From Torpedo marmorata (taxonomy: Eukaryota), in the NCBI GenBank assembly GCA_977017645.1, contig OZ360247.1, forward strand, positions 21,018,001-21,082,000: a DNA stretch of 64,000 bases. The letters are read 5' to 3'. Each line of letters starts with the position of its first letter. The stretch's first letter is position 1. Below are positions 62,701-64,000 of this stretch, piece by piece. The notes under the pieces were generated by a model that saw nothing but the letters and a program-made list of their open reading frames with translations, was not told where the DNA came from and searched no databases. The position numbers and the translations under genes are program-made.

Positions 62701-64000
62701 TGGACAGGGAGAACAGCTGGACAGGGGGAAAAGCTGGACAGGGGAAGAGAATCTGTACAGGGTGAACAAAGCTGGACAGGGAGAACAAATTGGATGGGGA
62801 CAACTAGATGGAGAAATATCTGGACACAGAAACAGCTGGACGAGGAACAGCTGGAAAATGGGGACATTTGGATGAGGGGAACAGTTGGACAGGGGGAAAA
62901 GCAGCTGGACGGGGAACTACAGCTGGACAGGAGAAACCTATGCTGGACAGGGGGAACAGAAGCTGGACAGGGGGAACAGAAGCTGGACAGGGCGAACCGC
63001 AGCTGGACAGGGCGAACCGCAGCTGGACAGGGCGAACCGCAGCTGGACAGGGCGAACCGCAGCTGGACAGGGCGAACCGCAGCTGGACAGGGCGAACCGC
63101 AGCTGGACAGGGCGAACCGCAGCTGGACAGGGCGAACCGCAGCTGGACAGGGCGAACCGCAGCTGGACAGTGGGGACAAAAGCTGGAGAGGTGTAATAGC
63201 TGGACAGGGGGAAGCAGTTGGACAGAGGAGCAGTTGGACGGTGGGGAACAATAGCTGTACAGGGGACAACTGGACAGGAGGAACAGCTGGACAGCGGGGA
63301 ACGGCAGCCTGACAGGGGAACTGCTGGACAGGGGAAAGCGCAGCCGTACGAGGGGAAGAAATAATCAAGGGGAACAGCTGGACAGTGGGAGCATCTGGAT
63401 AGGGGAACAGCAGCTGGACAGCGGGAAGCAGCTGGACAGGCAAAACATAAGCTGGACAGGGGGAACAGAAGCAGGACGGGGCAACAGCAGCTGGACAGGG
63501 GGAACAAATGGACGGGGGAACATCTGGACAGGGAGAACATCTGGACAGAGAAACTGTTGGACAGGGGTGGACCAGTTGGACAGGAGGGACAACGGGAAAG
63601 GGGGACAGCTGGACAGGGGAAACAGGTGGTCAGGGGGAAACAGCTGGACAGGGGAAACCACTGGACATAGGAACAGCTGGACAGGGGGAACGGGTGGACA
63701 GGGGTCAGCAGCTGGATGGGGAAAGCAGGTGGAGGGGGGGAACAGCAACTGGACAGGGGGAACAGCAGCTGGACAGGGGAACAGCAGCTGGAGAGGTGGA
63801 ATAGCTGGACAGGGGAAGCAGCTGGACGGGGGAAGCAGTTGGACAGGGGAAGCAGTTGGACGGTGGAGACAAGCAGCTGTACAGGGGGACATCTGGACAG
63901 GACGAACGGCCGGATAGCGGGGAGCAGCAGCTGGACAGGGGAAAAGCTGGGCATAGGGAAGCGCAGCCGGAGGAGGGTGAATAAATGGTCAAGGGGACCA
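26783..64000 (+). repeat. Giant complex satellite, basic units CAGCTGGACAGGGGGAA (~17 bp) and CAGCAGCTGGACAGGGGGAA (~20 bp), with higher-order duplications; continues past the window end
   Basis: About 37 kb uninterrupted and in one orientation; roughly 1,900-2,000 units (length divided by ~19 bp, an estimate); I saw no transposon insertion inside it. Confidence 0.98.

Noticed and set aside
31160-63990. Recurrent AATAAA (GAATAAATGG) as polyadenylation signals in the array
   Set aside because: The six copies come from block duplication of one variant, lie antisense to the host gene, and lack a downstream GU/U-rich element; used only as landmarks.
26379-64000. Hundreds of long ORFs (up to 603 aa; PVQLLFPLSSCCSPCPAAV- or GNSSWTGGTAAGQGEQQLDR-like) suggesting a repetitive structural protein
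   Set aside because: Units of 17 and 20 bp and variable G-run lengths shift frame constantly; all six frames give the same words; stops are rare only because of base composition; no frame-preserving pattern.

Overview
Vertebrate genomic DNA. The repeat content (V-SINE/HE1-type SINE, many CR1 fragments, Penelope-derived elements) points to a cartilaginous fish, probably a ray; this is an inference. The only host coding sequence I can support is three minus-strand exons (204, 185 and 144 bp, all with AG/GT boundaries) of a contactin-associated protein (CNTNAP/Caspr) gene, encoding laminin-G domain 1 and best resembling CNTNAP1. Everything from 4122 to the window end appears to be one upstream intron of at least ~60 kb. 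Its first ~22 kb is a nest of transposon fragments (CR1, RTE-BovB-like, L1/Tx1, Penelope with hammerhead-like cores, Tigger/pogo, a piggyBac-type MITE, Chapaev3) set in a purine-rich matrix. From ~26.8 kb to the end is a ~37-kb strand-asymmetric satellite built on (CAG)CAGCTGGACAGGGGGAA, with nested higher-order duplications. Each unit carries an E-box/AGCT palindrome and a G-run on the + strand, and reads as a polypyrimidine tract plus CAG (3' splice-site mimic) on the gene's sense strand. Nearly all ORFs in the supplied track are artefacts of repeats. No prokaryotic-type system or CRISPR array is present.
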